Source: Felis catus
Taxonomy: Eukaryota
Length of the DNA: 64,000 nucleotides
Assembly (NCBI RefSeq): GCF_018350175.1
Contig: NC_058383.1
Location: 14,634,001 to 14,698,000 of the forward strand
Direction of reading: 5' to 3'
A model generated the notes under the pieces. It was not told where the DNA came from. It did no database searches and saw nothing but the letters and a program-made list of their open reading frames with translations. The position numbers and the translations under genes were made by a program. How positions within the stretch are numbered: position 1 is the first letter of the stretch; every line of letters starts with the position of its first letter. Shown here piece after piece: positions 62,689 through 64,000 of this stretch.

Positions 62689-62872
62689 CGGCACCTGGGT
62701 GGCCTCAGTTGGTTGAGCATCTGACTCTTGATTTTGGTTTAAGTCATGATCTCACCGTTGGTGAGACCAAGCACCACGTTGGGCTCCATGCTGACAGTGT
62801 GGAGCCTCTTGGGATTCTCTCTCTCCCTCTCCCTCTGCCCCTCCCTGTCCCAAATAAATAAACTTAAAAAAA
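62689..62872 (+). mobile_element. CanSINE
   Basis: Diverged head; flanked by aaaaaaacagc. Confidence 0.88.
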
Positions 62873-62874
62873 AC

Positions 62875-63690
62875 AGCAGCTTTACTGAGGAATAATCAAC
62901 ATATACTAAGTGATATGTATTTAAAGCGCACAATTTGGTAAGCGTTAACATATGTATATACTCACGTAAACATAGCCACATTCGATATAGTGAACATATC
63001 AATCACTTCCCCCAAGTCTCCTTGTGTCCCTCTGGTATCCCTCCACATTTCCCCTCCCCCACCCCACCCTTCTCCAACCCCAGGCAGTCCCTGACCTGCT
63101 TTTCCTTCTTCACTGTCAATTAGTTTGCATTTTCTAGAATTGTATATGCATAGAATCACACATTACGTTTAGCTTCCCGTGTCTGGCTTCTTTCACTGAG
63201 TATAATCATTTTGAGATTCATCCCTGTCGTTACATTATCAATGGGTTTTTTCTTTTTTTTTAAATTTTTTTTAACGTTTATTTATTTTTGAGAGAGAGAG
63301 AGACAGAGCATGAACGGGGGAGGGGCAGAGAGAGAGGGAGACACAGACTCTGAAACAGGCTCCAGGCTCTGAGCCATCAGCACAGAGCCTGACGCGGGGC
63401 TTGAACTCACGAACCGCGAGATCATGACCTGAGCCGAAGTCAGACGCTGAACCGACTGAGCCACCCAGGCGCCCCTGTGGTTCTTTTTTTCTATTGCCGT
63501 GTAGGACGCTATTGCTTGGATATGCCACAATTTGCTTATCCATTCACCTGTCCATGGACAGCCGAGCTGTTTTCAGTCTTCGACTATTATAAAGAAAGCT
63601 GCAACGAACATTCACGAGCACACACAGGCTTTTATGTCTCTCGGGAAAACATCTGGGAGCAGAATGGATAGATCCTATGACCGGTAAATT
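62875..63690 (-). mobile_element. L1MB/MC-like 3' end, interrupted by a SINE
   Basis: cagctttactgaggaataat...tttaaagcgcacaatttg; tagtttgcattttctagaatt; gtctggcttctttcactgagtataatcattttgagattcatcc. Confidence 0.85.
63255..63475 (-). mobile_element. CanSINE
   Basis: Full consensus. Confidence 0.95.
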
Positions 63691-63695
63691 TAAAT

Positions 63696-63697
63696 AT

Positions 63698-63736
<39 letters not shown>

Positions 63737-63940
63737 TTCACATATTATTTTTAAAAATGTTTATTTATTTTGAGAGAGACCAAGCGAGAGCAAAGCAGGA
63801 GAGGGGCAGAGAGAGAGGGAGAGAGAGAGAGAGGGTCCCACACAGGCTCTGCACTCTCAGCACAGAGCCCAAAGCGGGGTTCAATCTAACATCAAAGTCA
63901 GGAGTCAGATGCTCAACTGACTGAGCCACCCAGGTGCCCC
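63696..63940 (-). mobile_element. CanSINE with (TTTA)n tail
   Basis: Consensus head cacccaggtgcccc; (TTTA)n at ~63696-63738. Confidence 0.9.
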
Positions 63941-64000
63941 TCTTTGGCCATTTTTAAAAATTGAATTGTTTTCAGATGGCTGAAGTTTGAGAGTTCTTTA

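Larger units (their letters stand above)
12125..64000 (-). other. CALN1: CALN1 large upstream intron (continues beyond the window)
   Basis: AG acceptor at 12126-12125. No upstream CALN1 exon (...GNTIDSIFWQ) recognised; the region is repeat-dominated. Confidence 0.8.

Noticed and set aside
667..63543. Recurrent ORFs containing VAQSV.RPTSAQV.IS..SSPASGSVL / RHRIRSRLQAL
   Set aside because: CanSINE translations, not a gene family.
650..63940. tRNA-like A/B-box sequences as tRNA genes
   Set aside because: All are heads of tRNA-derived SINEs followed by SINE body and tail.

Overview
Mammalian (feliform carnivore, most likely felid) genomic DNA that is almost entirely intronic. The only recognisable coding sequence is one 157-nt internal exon of CALN1 (calneuron-1/CaBP8) on the minus strand at 11968-12124, with canonical AG/GT ends. 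I did not find the neighbouring exons in the window. The rest is typical carnivore intron: about 39 tRNA-derived CanSINE copies (many with target-site duplications, TSDs), L1 fragments including a ~3.7-kb decayed ORF2+3'UTR, L2 and MIR remnants, MER5-like DNA transposons, MaLR/MLT2/MER21-like LTRs and microsatellites. Four things stand out. (1) An old, diverged ~53-bp tandem array at ~31.9-32.4 kb whose conserved AACCAGATCACAAA core recurs at near-integral helical turns. (2) A microsatellite-generated ~220-nt AG-free pyrimidine tract ending in a consensus 3' splice site just downstream of the CALN1 exon, a candidate poison or alternative exon. (3) A two-LTR MaLR provirus remnant. (4) Two L1s inside that provirus inserted at the same site, leaving three copies of one TSD. 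Repeat family names come from recognition by eye, not from a database search, and repeat boundaries are approximate.
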